Shown piece by piece: positions 10,691 through 23,569 of a stretch of DNA of 64,000 nt (position 1 is the stretch's first letter; every line of letters starts with the position of its first letter). Under the pieces are notes generated by a model. That model ran no database searches and was not told the DNA's origin. It worked only from the letters and a program-made list of their open reading frames with translations. The stretch covers positions 2,264,389 to 2,328,388 of the forward strand of contig CM121343.1 in the NCBI GenBank assembly GCA_051530055.1. Direction: 5' to 3'. The stretch comes from Neoechinorhynchus agilis (taxonomy: Eukaryota > Animalia > Acanthocephala). The position numbers were made by a program, and so were the translations under genes.

Positions 10691-12849
10691 AACGCAAACC
10701 TGTCTTTCTTGACTTATATTCCACGAAATTATCAATGATTTGCCTATAAATGCGGTTGACGTATAAAACGAGAAAATTGATTTCCGACGACCAGTCCTTC
10801 GTTTGATGCATAAACTCAGGGATCCTCCGAAATAAAACATCAAGAATCTCACAAGTTCCTTCTGAATCTAACGCTTTTCGCAAATCACCATTGAAAATCT
10901 CTATGTAAAACGGCATTAGGCTTCCAAATAGACAAAAGATCTTTTATCATGTCCTATTTTTGATTTTATAGCCTCTGTCGCCATCGAGCGATACCGAGCG
11001 ATCACTATCTTAAGATTGATTTGTATTTGATCACAGATTTCTTGTTCCGAATCCCCCAACAATGAGTTCATTCCATAAATTCGTCCATGCATTCTGCTTT
11101 TGCTCTTCCATCGACATTTCTGAAACCGAGTGAATTAAAGGTGCACTGCTATTTATAGATTGGATAACGACACGTCCTGTGCTCCACCGGCACCGCAAAT
11201 CCACCTCGCATGTTATTAACTATTCCGAATAGTGACGTGACCGTCAGATAATCAGTTGAAATTTTTTTGCAGGTACGTTCTTAGGTCACACAAACCGTCA
11301 CGTAGAATTATGAAACTTCGTATTTGAACACGCAATAATCAGAAATAAAGATATTTATTACGTGTCAACTATCATTCATAAAAGTGTTACATCGACTGGG
11401 AGACGGAGATATTGAACGATTCATCTCTCCGATCCAAAGGATTCGAATAAATCACTGCCTAATCGGGAATGTGGGGTATCGTGGCTTCTGAGCTGGGTAA
11501 TATAATGAGCAAATTTGTGGTTTTAGACATTTGACTCTTATGGCTGGCGGTTCATGCAATAATACTGATGATAGTTTTCAGCTTATTTGTCCCTTGATTA
11601 TTTTTATTTTAACAGGACAGTAGGTATTTTTTGCCTAAATTTCATCTGCCACATATAACACGAGCAGTTCTTGTCGAAGGTCAAACGCGTTATTGACAAC
11701 ATCGAAAGTTACCGATAGTAGTCATTTGCACAAAGATTTTACTACCTATTTAAACGGCGAGTAATGGTTTAATACTTAATAAAACAAGATTATGAAAAAT
11801 CTTTTTGTCAGGTCTGATCAGGTTGGAGAATCATCAAACACTTATTCGATTACATTAATTATTCATTTTTATCTAACACTTTAGAAAATTTAAATATCCA
11901 AGCGCTCAAAACATATTTATCCTTCATTACCTCGAGGATGTATCCAGCTTTCCCTTTCTGATTCGCTGATTCTCTGATAAACCCATTTTCCAATCTAAGT
12001 TAAAAATTGTGGAGAGAAGTTGGAAAATGTAGAACGACGGATCGAGGCATTTGTATTTCTCCCTTTTTCGCTACTTGACCAGCACCCGAAACTGCATTTT
12101 CATCCACACAAAAGATTGCAAATTCTCAGAGACGTTAATTATTGTGCGAATCTGTTGAAAATAAAATAAATTAACTTTTCACTTGTGACATTAAGCAATT
12201 CTGGAGAGTTGAGGTAGAATATTGTATATTTGAGCGTTCGTATGAATGCTCTTGGTTTCCTGTATTAAATAAATTGAAATTCCCGGGATAAAACGTGTAA
12301 TCTTGTAGAGATCTGTCGCCCCACCACATTTCCACTGAACAATTCTAAAACTCCCCATCATCACTTGGGTTTTGTCGAGCTGAACTTCCTAGGAATGAGA
12401 TTGGCCGAACCATTATCAATAAGGAATATCTGCTGCTCTATAATCCGACTGACAAATTCGGAATTGCTCTCTTCAGCATCCATACATATATCGTCCAATT
12501 CCTCCATGAAGTTTCCGTGAAAGTGATTTATATTTGAAATCTCTGCAGCTTTAGTGTTGGGTTCTTCGGAATTAGATGTCTTAAGGGCTGATGAACTTGG
12601 TTCGTTGACGACTGAGGAGATCAAATCGGGCAGGTAAGCCAAGTTTTCAATGAGAGCACAAATCTTCGTCGCAAAAACCATAATAGCTTCTAAAACGGGC
12701 CTTCATTAAAGACAGAAGTTTCTCGCACGTTTCCTCCAATCTCCGTTCCAGCAAATCCATAGTGACCAACTGAAAAGTAGGCAGCTGATGACGATGTTGT
12801 GAAGGCAGGGGGCCAAAGCTCAATATTTTCTAAACTCTGTACAATCTTA

Positions 12850-13719
12850 CAATTGCCTCCAAAAGAACTGTACACCATCATGGACACGGCTCTTCGCATT
12901 CCCGCGCTTAGTCCTTTGCACCAGCGATGATTCTGGGATGCCTTTGACATCAACAATCAAGGAAAGGGTGGCACCCTCCGAACAGATATTTAACGATTTC
13001 GAAATCAAATTTCGCGAGGTTCGTAAGGGACGTACGAAGGAAGGGTTTCGTTGCGGTTTTTCAAAGCGATCACTGACGGAATGTGTCTCTTCGAAGCTTG
13101 CGGACGGAGATGTTCGGGGGGCTGCTCAGTTATTGTCATCCTCCGACAGTTTTGCACGAGGAGACAACGCGACACTACAAATACTCCGGTCAAAACACCC
13201 ATGCAGTAGTGGCACTTTTGAAATCCCACCTCCTCCCATGCAAGACAGGACACCCACTGAAACTTCAGAATTAAAAAAGGTAATCTCTTCTTTTGCAAAT
13301 GGATCGGGTCACGGGCTTGACGGACTAAGGCCTCAGCACCTAAAGGACATGATGCCCTTTTCAACTGGTGAAGCAGCTCTCTAGAAACTGCGTCTTCTCG
13401 GTTAGTCGACCGCCTCAATGGAGAGAACCTGAATCCCGTTGCAAAAGACCTATTTTTCCGAGCATCATTATATGCCCTCACAAAGAAAGAAGGTGGGATT
13501 CGTCCCATCGCCGTATCTTCGACGATACACCGACTCACAGGAAAAATTCTCTGCAAACGTATTACAGAGAAAACCGGATAGCAACTTCGGCCAGTCGAAT
13601 TGGGTTGCTGCACATCCTGCCGGGCAGAAGCTATTGTCCACGCACTCCGAAACTTTGCTGCGAGGAGCTCAGAGCCGTGCGTGATTCTTAAGTGCGATTT
13701 TCAGAATGCCTTTAACTCC
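12850..13719 (+). mobile_element. CRE-type retrotransposon internal fragment, same subfamily as 38830-41889
   Basis: Nucleotide match to about 39330-40165 (SSKLADGDVRGA, GHGLDGLRPQHLKDM, LKCDFQNAFN); broken by stops and frameshifts. Confidence 0.85.
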
Positions 13720-14842
13720 CATGCAGTAGTGGCACTTTTGAAATCCCAGTTCGCGGTCGATGCGAAGTGTATATAACGCCTATAAGCGATCGAAACACGT
13801 TTATATTTCCTAAAAGTCGATCGATTTACGATGACATTTCAAAGTTTTGATTTCGCTTAATTGATTTGTTTTCCTGCGATTTCGAATACTGAACTGCATT
13901 TTTATCAAAATATTTCGATGCAATGCATCTAGCGTGATAGCGACAGCCGAGAAAAGAGAGAAGCTAAGATTTTGTGGACGGTGGTGATTATATCAGAAAT
14001 TGCATTCTACATTTAAAGAAATTTGGATTAAACAATGAAGCATCCACTTTTTCTATATAAAAAGACGCACTCGAGTCTTCGAAATGGTAGATAAAGAAAT
14101 TCGAAGAGAGAAATAAAAACTTAAAAATGTCGACGTGGCGCGAACGGCGTTTAAAGTTTTTTAATGTCGTTTTTTCGTTTAAACACGTTTTTCACTCTCC
14201 GCATCGTCTGCGAACTTTGATTCGCAATTTCGAAACAGTTGTCGATTTGCTCTTCTGCGTGATTTCAAAAGAGCTCGAGCATTTCGGCTTATTAAGTTGA
14301 GAATATAAATTTGTGAAAGTAATCACCGGTTAAGACGACTGTTTTTGGTTCTGAAAAAGTGTCAATAATTGATTGGAATTCCCAATTGAAGTTTTGTAAA
14401 AATGACGTGATTTTTTTCGAATTCTTAAGAATCGTTAATATTTCTGATCCCAAGTTTTGATTTTTCAATTTCATTTTTTATGAAGTTTTCGATTTTTATA
14501 AAATATAAGATGAATTTGTGTGATTATCACTATAAAAAGAAACTTTAACACCCAAACAGAATTGAAGTTTACTAATCGATGCTTTATTGAAACAATTTAA
14601 TAAGATCGAAGATGTGTAAGCGCCGGCAGTTAACAAATTAATTTTTAATCGAACAGTTCGCTCCATCCGCGATTTCAAACTTAGCATCCCTGAAGGAAAT
14701 CTCAATTCCATTGTTGGAACCATAGAATACGCGAGTATTGATTCATGGCGTTTGTTGATCGTCTCATTGTTAATCCATATCTCTTTAAATTAAATTTGAC
14801 AGAAAAATAGATCCCGCATTCTTTGAAGTGTCTTGCAACTTT

Positions 14843-17056
14843 CTAGTTGATCTTGTTGTAGTCTTCTAAACTCTTAACATTAAACAATCCAGGGTCAATC
14901 TTTGCAATTGTACTCAAAAGTAAATCCGGCGTCACGGATTTTTCAATGCTTTCCTTGATCGCAATTGCAGTTTGAAAAGAATTCGCGATGTCCTTATCCG
15001 TTCTAACCCGAACCATCTTCCATTCACCTCCGGCAACAACGCATTCAATTATATTTTCATGGCAATGAAACAATTCATCCGTGAGTCGAATCCGAGCAAA
15101 CGGCTCTTGGTAATTTCTAACATACAGCAGCCCACCAGATCCTATTTTTCGCTTTTCCATCACGTGTCTAGGAATAACCAATTTGAAATCGACCGAATTC
15201 AATAGTGGAGGTTTATATTTTAGCAGCTTGTCAAAGGTACCAAAAGTATACGGCATATCAACGGGTTGAAATATAAGACCGTCTGCTTGATGGGGGATTT
15301 CATTTCGGAACATCTCGTGCAAAATTTGTTTAGTGAACCGGAGGTCGTAAAAATCCTTCTTTTGAATCCGAAAAGGCTCTCGACTTCGGTCTATGGTTCC
15401 GTATTCGATAATAGCACGGTAACGAGGCTGCATAATCTCCCTCCAAATGAGTTCCGATCGTTTGTCATAATCCAGTTCCTTACCGGCAGGATGCCCGTTG
15501 AATGCCAAGACGTCAAATATAAGGAATCGAGGAATCCGTGTATCACCCACGACATCTTCCACCATCTCTCCATCAAGCAAAGTCTGACGAAGATGATCTG
15601 TGGTGCCACGGTTCGTCACAAATGTAAGATTGTTTACTTTGAAGATTGAATTGCGCCTGTCAATCATATAAATTTCGTTTTTCTCGCGAATGAAAAACAA
15701 GTACCGGGTTCCGCCGGCTTTCCAGCTTACTCGATAATTTAAGTGCCGCAATGTTTCAATATTTTTAACCGTCATTGATACTGGCTGACTACCGATGAAT
15801 CCTTTGTCATGACTATCTGGACAAAGTTCTGCAATGTTTTGCTGAATTTCGTCGATTTTTGTTTGATCGGTTTCGTATCTCAGTCGATAGATGTCCGGAA
15901 CATCTACCGAGAAGCCCTGTGACAGACCTGTTGGTTGGATTCCTTCGTTGAGTGAACCTTCAAGAATGGAAGAGTTTGTTTTTGTCGGTGGTTCAACGAG
16001 TTTCCTTTGTGATCTGAAAACTCCTTTCTCCGGGCTGACTGCAACTCTTTTTGCAGATGGACTCTGTTCCCGGCTTGCCGATTCCGTTATTTCTGCGGTT
16101 TGAGACGATCTTTTACAAGAGGCTATATCATCCTTTAATCTCTTTCTCGAGTTGAGGTGCTTTGACTCGTTTTTAACTAATTGAGTAGTGAGTGAAGTAT
16201 GTGATTCAGTTTGATTATCACCAGACGATTGTGAAACTCGTCTCTTTAGCGGTATCCTTTGCTCATCTGAATCACTTATACAACGCTTTCGTCCACCAGC
16301 GATCTTCTTTCTATCAATGTCAATGATATCAGTTGACAAGCTTTCGTCATTTGCTTTCTGCCTCGATCCGTAATTTGTTCTCATTTCAGTACTAACTGCC
16401 CCTTTCGTGTTCTCGGTAATTGTCACATCTTTGACATTTATTTTGCGTTTCAATAACATTCCTGTTCGCCAACTTGAGTACCGCAATCTCAAGCCGTGAA
16501 TAAACGGGGGAGCTTGAATTCCAGGGGCACGGCATCGCCGAAATTCCGCTATTGCACTTCTCAACTTCATTTTCATCTTTTCAATAAGATACGAAGCAAC
16601 AAGAAATCCTGATTTATTGTATCCGCGTGTACAATGAACTGCGATGACTGAATTCGGGTTAGATTCTAGCAAGATATCGCAAATCTCAATGAATCGATTT
16701 TTGATTTCTTTTTTAGGGAAATCCTTATATCCATCGCAGGCCAGACAAAAGTGCGGCACATTTAAATGATCCGTAAACTCTTTATTGTCATAATATGGGT
16801 CGTTATTTATAAGACTGATGATCCCGGCAATAGATCGATGTCCGGCAATTTGGCGCATCCGATTAGCAGCAATGGTAGGCGTGAATCGCTTGTTTTCAGG
16901 AATGAGCGAATCGTATTTTGACGATAACGGAGTCTTAAATACGATAAAGCGGTCGCTAATGAGAGACGAACCCATCGACGTGGTATTTATCCACCGTTTA
17001 GGAATTCGCAGAATTGATGATGATGATGGATTGGTCGCTATTTGTTTCGTAGTCAT
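14843..17056 (-). CDS. RNGTT: mRNA capping enzyme paralog, copy 2, intronless, 737 aa
   Basis: Same motifs; 17 amino-acid differences from copy 1 by direct comparison of the translations. Confidence 0.95.
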   Translation of the reverse strand: MTTKQIATNPSSSSILRIPKRWINTTSMGSSLISDRFIVFKTPLSSKYDSLIPENKRFTPTIAANRMRQIAGHRSIAGIISLINNDPYYDNKEFTDHLNVPHFCLACDGYKDFPKKEIKNRFIEICDILLESNPNSVIAVHCTRGYNKSGFLVASYLIEKMKMKLRSAIAEFRRCRAPGIQAPPFIHGLRLRYSSWRTGMLLKRKINVKDVTITENTKGAVSTEMRTNYGSRQKANDESLSTDIIDIDRKKIAGGRKRCISDSDEQRIPLKRRVSQSSGDNQTESHTSLTTQLVKNESKHLNSRKRLKDDIASCKRSSQTAEITESASREQSPSAKRVAVSPEKGVFRSQRKLVEPPTKTNSSILEGSLNEGIQPTGLSQGFSVDVPDIYRLRYETDQTKIDEIQQNIAELCPDSHDKGFIGSQPVSMTVKNIETLRHLNYRVSWKAGGTRYLFFIREKNEIYMIDRRNSIFKVNNLTFVTNRGTTDHLRQTLLDGEMVEDVVGDTRIPRFLIFDVLAFNGHPAGKELDYDKRSELIWREIMQPRYRAIIEYGTIDRSREPFRIQKKDFYDLRFTKQILHEMFRNEIPHQADGLIFQPVDMPYTFGTFDKLLKYKPPLLNSVDFKLVIPRHVMEKRKIGSGGLLYVRNYQEPFARIRLTDELFHCHENIIECVVAGGEWKMVRVRTDKDIANSFQTAIAIKESIEKSVTPDLLLSTIAKIDPGLFNVKSLEDYNKIN

Positions 17057-20029
17057 CCTTAGTTATCGATAGTTATTGTACGTTATCTGTTATGATTCTA
17101 AGATCGATTCATTTTACCTAGTCGTTCTAATGATCGGTTTCTCCCAATTACAAATAAGCAAACATGACGCAAATATTGGTTTTAAACATAAAAATATGTA
17201 TAGAATATTGTTGATCATATCTTTAGCAATGTGTTACATGGGAGACTTTTATCATTACCAGCTTTTTGATTATTGACTTCGCAATTTTACATGCGGATTA
17301 AGCAGATTCTTGGCAATCAATTGGTATATTTCTTTATTATATTTATATAATGAAAAATAACGCCACCAAAGTGTTAAGATCAAATGTATCGGTACCATAA
17401 ATAATCGCCTCGATTAAGGCATATTTTTATAAACCTCTAGCAAAAGAAATATTGTTCTCGCTGGATTTAAAGTGCTGATTTCACAGAAGGAAGAGTTCGG
17501 TCAATCTTTAAGTTTGATGTTTAGGTCTTCGCCCGGTAGAGAACCTTTTATTAAAGACTTTTTGAACTTCGTCCGGTTCTTCATCATCGGAGGATAGTTT
17601 TTGCTATTGTTTAGTTATTGGCAGGAGGGAGAAGACGGTTGTGAATAAACGAATGATTGACGGAGTTCAAAGTCTGAAGTGACCAGTCTGGGTATATTCG
17701 GAATGGTAATAAAAAGTGTTATTATTATAATTGACAAGAAGCGTTTTTGAAGGAAGGAGAATGCAGTGTTTGGCATATGAAAAGTGATTTTGATTAGACA
17801 AGAACGGGAGCCGCTAGGGTTTTTGATAGGAGCCAGGGAAGGAAGGAGAGCAAGAATCCCGGAGAGAGTCATCGACAGACGATGTTAAGGTGATGAATGT
17901 ACTGTTTCTGAAGGTCTGATTCGGATAAGGCGGTTATTTCGAACATTCCTAAGATGGCTGTTGACGAGCGAGCGATAGTTATTTTAGATTGACCCTACAC
18001 TGCCAATTATAGATGCCCATAATTCGTTCAACTCCTCGAGTCCCTCGAGCTTTAGATAAGTGCAATTCTCGACTGTAAAACGAAACCAGTTTCGATGTAA
18101 TATAAAAGATTCTGGCCTTCGTATTGTAAGACGGTAATCGGTTACAATATTTGGTTAGAAACGAACTGAGGCGCTGGGAAGACACTCTCTTGTTATAAGA
18201 AAAGAAAACCGTGTGCAAGCATTGAAATGTTGATTATTTCAGAGCTGGTAATAACGCTGAATGAAGGGGTGGGGAAACCGCCATTGATTTAATTTTAAAA
18301 TGTTCACACAAGAATCAAACATCAAAGTATACGGAGTCTTCGATAGCCTCAAACGTAGGTAGAGGAGCAATTTAATTTCGTGAGAGTTCGTACCGTTTAT
18401 AATCGATCGGATATATTTCAACGGAAGCTTTTTTAAATCACCAAATTGAAAATCCATGATCCCGTTTCTCGTAATTGCGGGATGTATTTTGTCAAGTTCT
18501 ATGGAATGTGAGAGACTTTTTCTTGGACAAAGGCGATTTCTGCATTTCTCAAAGCCGAACAATGCATACTAGAAACGTCGGCAATAATCGATGCTAAAAT
18601 ATCAATTCTGAATCCTTTCATCACAAACTTTTTACTGTTCCGCAATGGTTTCATGTACAAATTCTCCATTTCCCCTACATTTAAATTAAATATAAGGATG
18701 TTGTTCATGGATATATTTTGTTTGATGGTATAGAGATTTATTATTTCTCATTTACAATATTTCGTCCGCCCCATCGGACTTTTTAAGATCTAAAAAATAT
18801 GTCAAGGTGACTTTATTCACAGTTTAAACCCATTAATCCATCTATTTTGAGTGTCTAATTTCACTCGAGTTCAACACAATTGTCATTGCGAAATATATTA
18901 TTAAGGCAATTTCGATCTCAACAGAGAATCTGATTGCAATTAAGTCAAAGATCTAATTACTTGATTTATAATTCAACAACGTCAATCGGCAATATAGCCG
19001 GATGCCTTTTTCAGTGAGGCTTTAAGCAGTTGAATTTTTGTTCAACTGATAAATGCCAACTTTTGAATTGGTAAATGAAATTCTCGTTGCTAAGAGACGA
19101 CATTAGAGCTTGGTTTTAAGTATCGACGAAAAAAAAAGGAAAATGTCCACTATTAAAAAACTCACTTCAATATCGATTATTCCTGCTCTACTGATCGTCA
19201 CTTTGTTTTTATCAACTATCTTCGTGTATTTAGTATCAAATTTAAGCAAGAACGTTTCTCCGAGTTCAAGCCTTTTCAAATAGACGATTTACTGAAAACA
19301 ATAATAAATTTTGTGTTGTTCTAAAAGGGCATTTCCGAATACTTGAGATGCTGAGCAACGCTGATCAATGCTGCCGTCTTATCTTAAAATTTGCTGCTTC
19401 AGTCAATTACTCAAAAGCTTACATATCAAATATTTTGTCCATATGTTTCACTCGCTTGTTTTTAATCGAAGTTGCAACATTCTTTTCAATATATTCATAT
19501 TTTACACTCAGTTGTTTAAAAAAATATTTATCCAAAGCGAGAGATCGAGTTCAATACCTCTTCAATGAACTCACTTTCGTTCTTGAATCGAAAAAAATGT
19601 TTAACTAAAAATTCACGGGCTTTTTAGAATACACACGATTTGAATTCAAGGGATGAACACAAAATTCGATAAATTTTTCGCTTTTATTAAGATACTCGGG
19701 TATCGTAGAAATAATTTCAAATAACAAAGAATAATCGTCTTCCTAAAGTAGTTTTACTTTTAATTCCGGTTTTTTTAAATTGATGCATTGCATCCGACGG
19801 TGATTGGATGCATTTTCGAATAGTAGTTATAAATGTACTTGAGGGATTTTATAAAAGATTTAAGTGGTGAAGCATCCTGCCCTTAAAACTTCGGCATTAA
19901 GCGATGCTAAAATATCAATTCTGAATCCTTGCATCACAAACTTTTTACTGTTCTGCAATGGTTTCATGTACAAATTCTCCATTTCCCCTACATTTAAATT
20001 AAATGTAAAGATGTTGTTATTTGACTGAA

Positions 20030-21741
20030 TTTATTTTTTTTTGAAAATATACTCACAGCAAATCAAGTCTAATGTATCTATGAGCCTCCCAGATCCATCT
20101 CTTCACCACTCGGAACCGTCGCAAGGACAGTTGCAGCGTTGCCGCACTGGATCGCGAGACCCATGCTTTGCAGGAAGAACGTTCCTGCTCTTGGGTATCC
20201 GGTTGCGATCCTCGTCTTCCTTGAAAGATCCGCCGTAAAGTTATTGGCCTCAGCACCGAAGGCACCGAGCGTCTCAACGCCGAAAGGCACGAAGTGGTGT
20301 GCCCTTAAGAGCTCGGCGTACTTCCCCAGCTTGCGTTCCTCCGCGGCGATTGCAGCGCCTCCTTCGCATCGCGAGGAATATCTTAGATTGGACAGGAAAA
20401 GGATGACCTTACGAGTGGCGTCCCAGACACGAGAACACAGTTACCCCGTCCGGTCTTCGACCATAGAATCTGGAGAGGTGACTCTGTTCGAGCAGATTCG
20501 GTGCGTGTATCCAATTCAAGACCCGACTAATCACCGAGCTAATTTCGGCGTGGCGAGCATACCTGCCACCGGGCTGACGACAGACGAGACCGTTTCTACC
20601 CACCAACGAACAGATCAACGAGGCGTGACAATCTATTCGAAAGGCTCTGAGCGGCTTCACCCACGGAGAAGGACAACATGTCCTTGAGGTGTTGAGGCCT
20701 AAGCTCGTCTATCCCATGACCGGATCCACTAGCAAAGGAGGATATCGCTGAATTGAGTTCCTTTACGGAGCAGGGAGACTTCGAGGCAGCCGCGAGGAAA
20801 GTCGGGATTTTCGGTGGTTCCGATGGAGGATGTTTTTAGTTCAGGGTTTCGAGAGTTTCCTTGTTAGCCTGGGCAAATACTTCAGAGGAGAAAAGGATGC
20901 GAACAGCTCCTCGGATGTCACCATCCGCAATTTTGGAGGAGGCACGTTCCCCTATGGATCTAGCCGAAAAATTACTGTGTGTAGATTGTTCTGTAGGTCC
21001 GCGATCGGCAGCTCGAATTGCGTCCGAAAAGAGTTGATCGAAGGAGGCGATTCTTTCTTTGATTGAACTAACCAACGACCCCTCCGAACGGTCACCAGCG
21101 CGAATAACCAGCCTGGGAAAAGCGAAGAGACGTGTCCATGCAATGGAAGAGCCGTTTTCTAAGCAATCCCTAAGCAAAGCACTAAATGACTTCGTCATCT
21201 TATACCGAGCGCCCTTTGGGATCCGTTTCAGGACGTTCCTGGGCAGAACGCGCAAGATATCAGGTAATTTCGTGGGAATGACCTGAGGCGCTGGGACATT
21301 CAGAGGAGGTAGTGGGTTCGGGATGACAGATCTTGGGGGCGGGAGGAACAAGAACAGCGGGATCTGAAGGGACCGTGTATCCGAACTAACAAGGATTTGT
21401 TAAGGCAAAAACAACCACCGCATTCCGAACAAAAACCTTTCGGAGAAGAGGTGGCCTGTAGGTTTGATAACTCGGCCTGTTGTTGTAAAGCCGTTGCGTC
21501 ATCATCATCATTGAACTCGACGTCGTCCGGTGATGACGTCACAGTCGGCACGGCAGAATCCGAGAGGTCAACGTTCGGCTGCATTGTGTAAAGAAAGACC
21601 TCAAAAAAGACCGACCGAGACAACACAACGAATTCTCAGCTAGCTTATCGGTCGGTAAGCAAAGAGCGCCGTCAAGAACTGTTAAGACAGTTTGCGCAGG
21701 AAATTACGATATATAGAACGCAAAAGCTCAGCCTTTTTGAA
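20030..21741 (-). mobile_element. CRE-type retrotransposon B, paralogous insertion to A, RT core deleted, zinc finger and REL region retained
   Basis: CSECGGCFCLNKSLLVRIHGPFRSRC zinc finger, LKRIPKGAR, RHAEISSVISR, RPDGVTVF, PFGVETLGAFG. Confidence 0.85.
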
Positions 21742-22239
21742 ATCCCGGTTATGGTACAACCTTTCCTGATTGTGATTCTAACTCTGAGCAATGATTTGTG
21801 CAGGGGGAACAAATCAAACTTCACCCTGGCATTGCCCGTATTGATAGATAAACAACCAAAAACAAAAACTAAAAATCAATATCTTAATGCAAGGAGTACG
21901 CACGAAACCAACGTCGTACTCGGGCATAGCGGACCCGCGGATTTGAGCTAAAATACCTAACACTCAGTGTCTGGGTGTGTTTTTTAGACAAGACTGAAGA
22001 AGTGAACACAACGTTCACGAAATATTTCTAATAATAATGTCAATGCAAACTTATCCGGGGGTAACTAGTCGTCAAAAAACGATTTAGAACATGCGTTTAA
22101 TGCTAATCTATCTGTTAGATCTGATATTACCAGAATGAGAACACTTTTGAAAAATAGCTCTAACAAATAAAATACTTGTCGCCCTCAAAAACTTTCTTTC
22201 CTCCAAAATTCGTTAAGGTAGCAATTCATCATGGCGACG

Positions 22240-22810
22240 GGTCGTCAAGGACTCTCCTGGTCTATACGACCTTGATCCCTTCCCAAATTTGACCTCTTCT
22301 GAATTAAAACAGGTTCTAGACTCCATCAATCAGAACTTTTGCTTATTCACACCTACATCTGAAACTTTTGTCAACTCAACGATGCTCTCCTTAGTTTCAT
22401 CATACGAAGTACTACAGCATCTCAGGAAATTACCTCGAAATTCGTCCTCTCAATCCGAAATCCCAAAACTGGGCTCTTCGCTACATAATCCCCGAAATTA
22501 AAGACCCTCTTACCGACATTATGTACCACACCTTTTTATATGACATCTACCCCTTATACCTGAAAAACTGCTAAAGTGATCCTTCTTCCAAAAAAAAGAC
22601 ATCCGATTTCCACAGAATCATGTCCGTCCAATGCCCATTAAACCCGCTCTTTCAAGTTATCATCCATGCAATTTATCTTCCTGTCAATTTTTTCCGCAGC
22701 CAATGCCCTACTTTGCATTTATGACATTCTCCTACGAAACCTCGACAATAATGCCTTCCACGTCACCCGTCTCATTCAACTGGATTTATCGAAAGCATTC
22801 CCTTTTGAAC
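22240..22810 (+). mobile_element. CR1/L2-group LINE fragment (family L), degenerate
   Basis: LKQVLDSINQNF, KLPRNSSSQSEIP, TRLIQLDLSKAF; homologous to 54150-55200 and the reverse complement of 31640-32345. Confidence 0.75.
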
Positions 22811-23569
22811 TACAAAAACACAGCATAGAATACAACATAAAAAACGCACGCAGAAGTTTTATTCAGGCGCTTATTAAGGACCGTGTTTTACATGATTCGC
22901 CCAACTGTAAGATCCGCGGTTTTGCTTCGGTGCAATGCTCAGAAAGGGGAGCACGATACGAATTTGGGAAAGGCGTGGGAAGTAACCGAAGAGCTTGCAC
23001 TTAATATGATTTGGAATGCAACGGATCCATATTGCGGAGACACCCTTCGGATTTGAAAGAGCGACATGAACGTCGAGGGCCAGCGGAGGAAATCGAAACA
23101 CCGGTAGCCACAGGAGCTGAGAAATAAGAAAATGGCGAAGATCCAAGAATGGGATGACGAGAACGCAAACCGGCACAAACATACGATCTGCTCAAGGAAA
23201 AAAAAGAGAAGATGTGATGAAAGCGACGAATCGATCGCTACAATGTCGCTTATGAAACATATATTGTGAGCATGAGTAGTTTGAGTTCTTGATTGAGTAA
23301 ATGTCGGTTACCACACTCATCAGATTTCGTTCGTTTTGTTCAGCGTCCAATAATGACGTCAGCTCAGCCTTGAAATGGACGACACGTTTTAACACTTTCT
23401 CCTAGAGAGTCAATAGACGTCGGCTTCATACAGGAAGCATTTGTAGTCTGAATCCATTGCTTGCGAAAATTTTGGAGGCTCTTCTATGAAGCGTTTAAAG
23501 GCAATGGATTTGTGATTTGGGCAGGTTGCAAAAAATTCGATAAGCGTAGTTCAGGCAGGGTAAAATAAA

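Larger units (their letters stand above)
13807..21741 (-). repeat. Segmental duplication unit 2 (capping-gene cassette plus CRE element B)
   Basis: Direct copy of unit 1; the same small ORFs recur in the ORF track at a constant offset. Confidence 0.9.

Noticed and set aside
10668-12830. Short ORFs (82 aa, 106 aa) and others at 29405-30835, 38299-38697 and 42000-42200 as genes
   Set aside because: No recognisable motif and lengths within chance expectation; left uncalled
757-21741. Units 1 and 2 as uncollapsed haplotypes
   Set aside because: Different CRE deletions, different flanks, a templated junction and a third inverted mosaic copy favour real paralogs; read depth is still needed to exclude it
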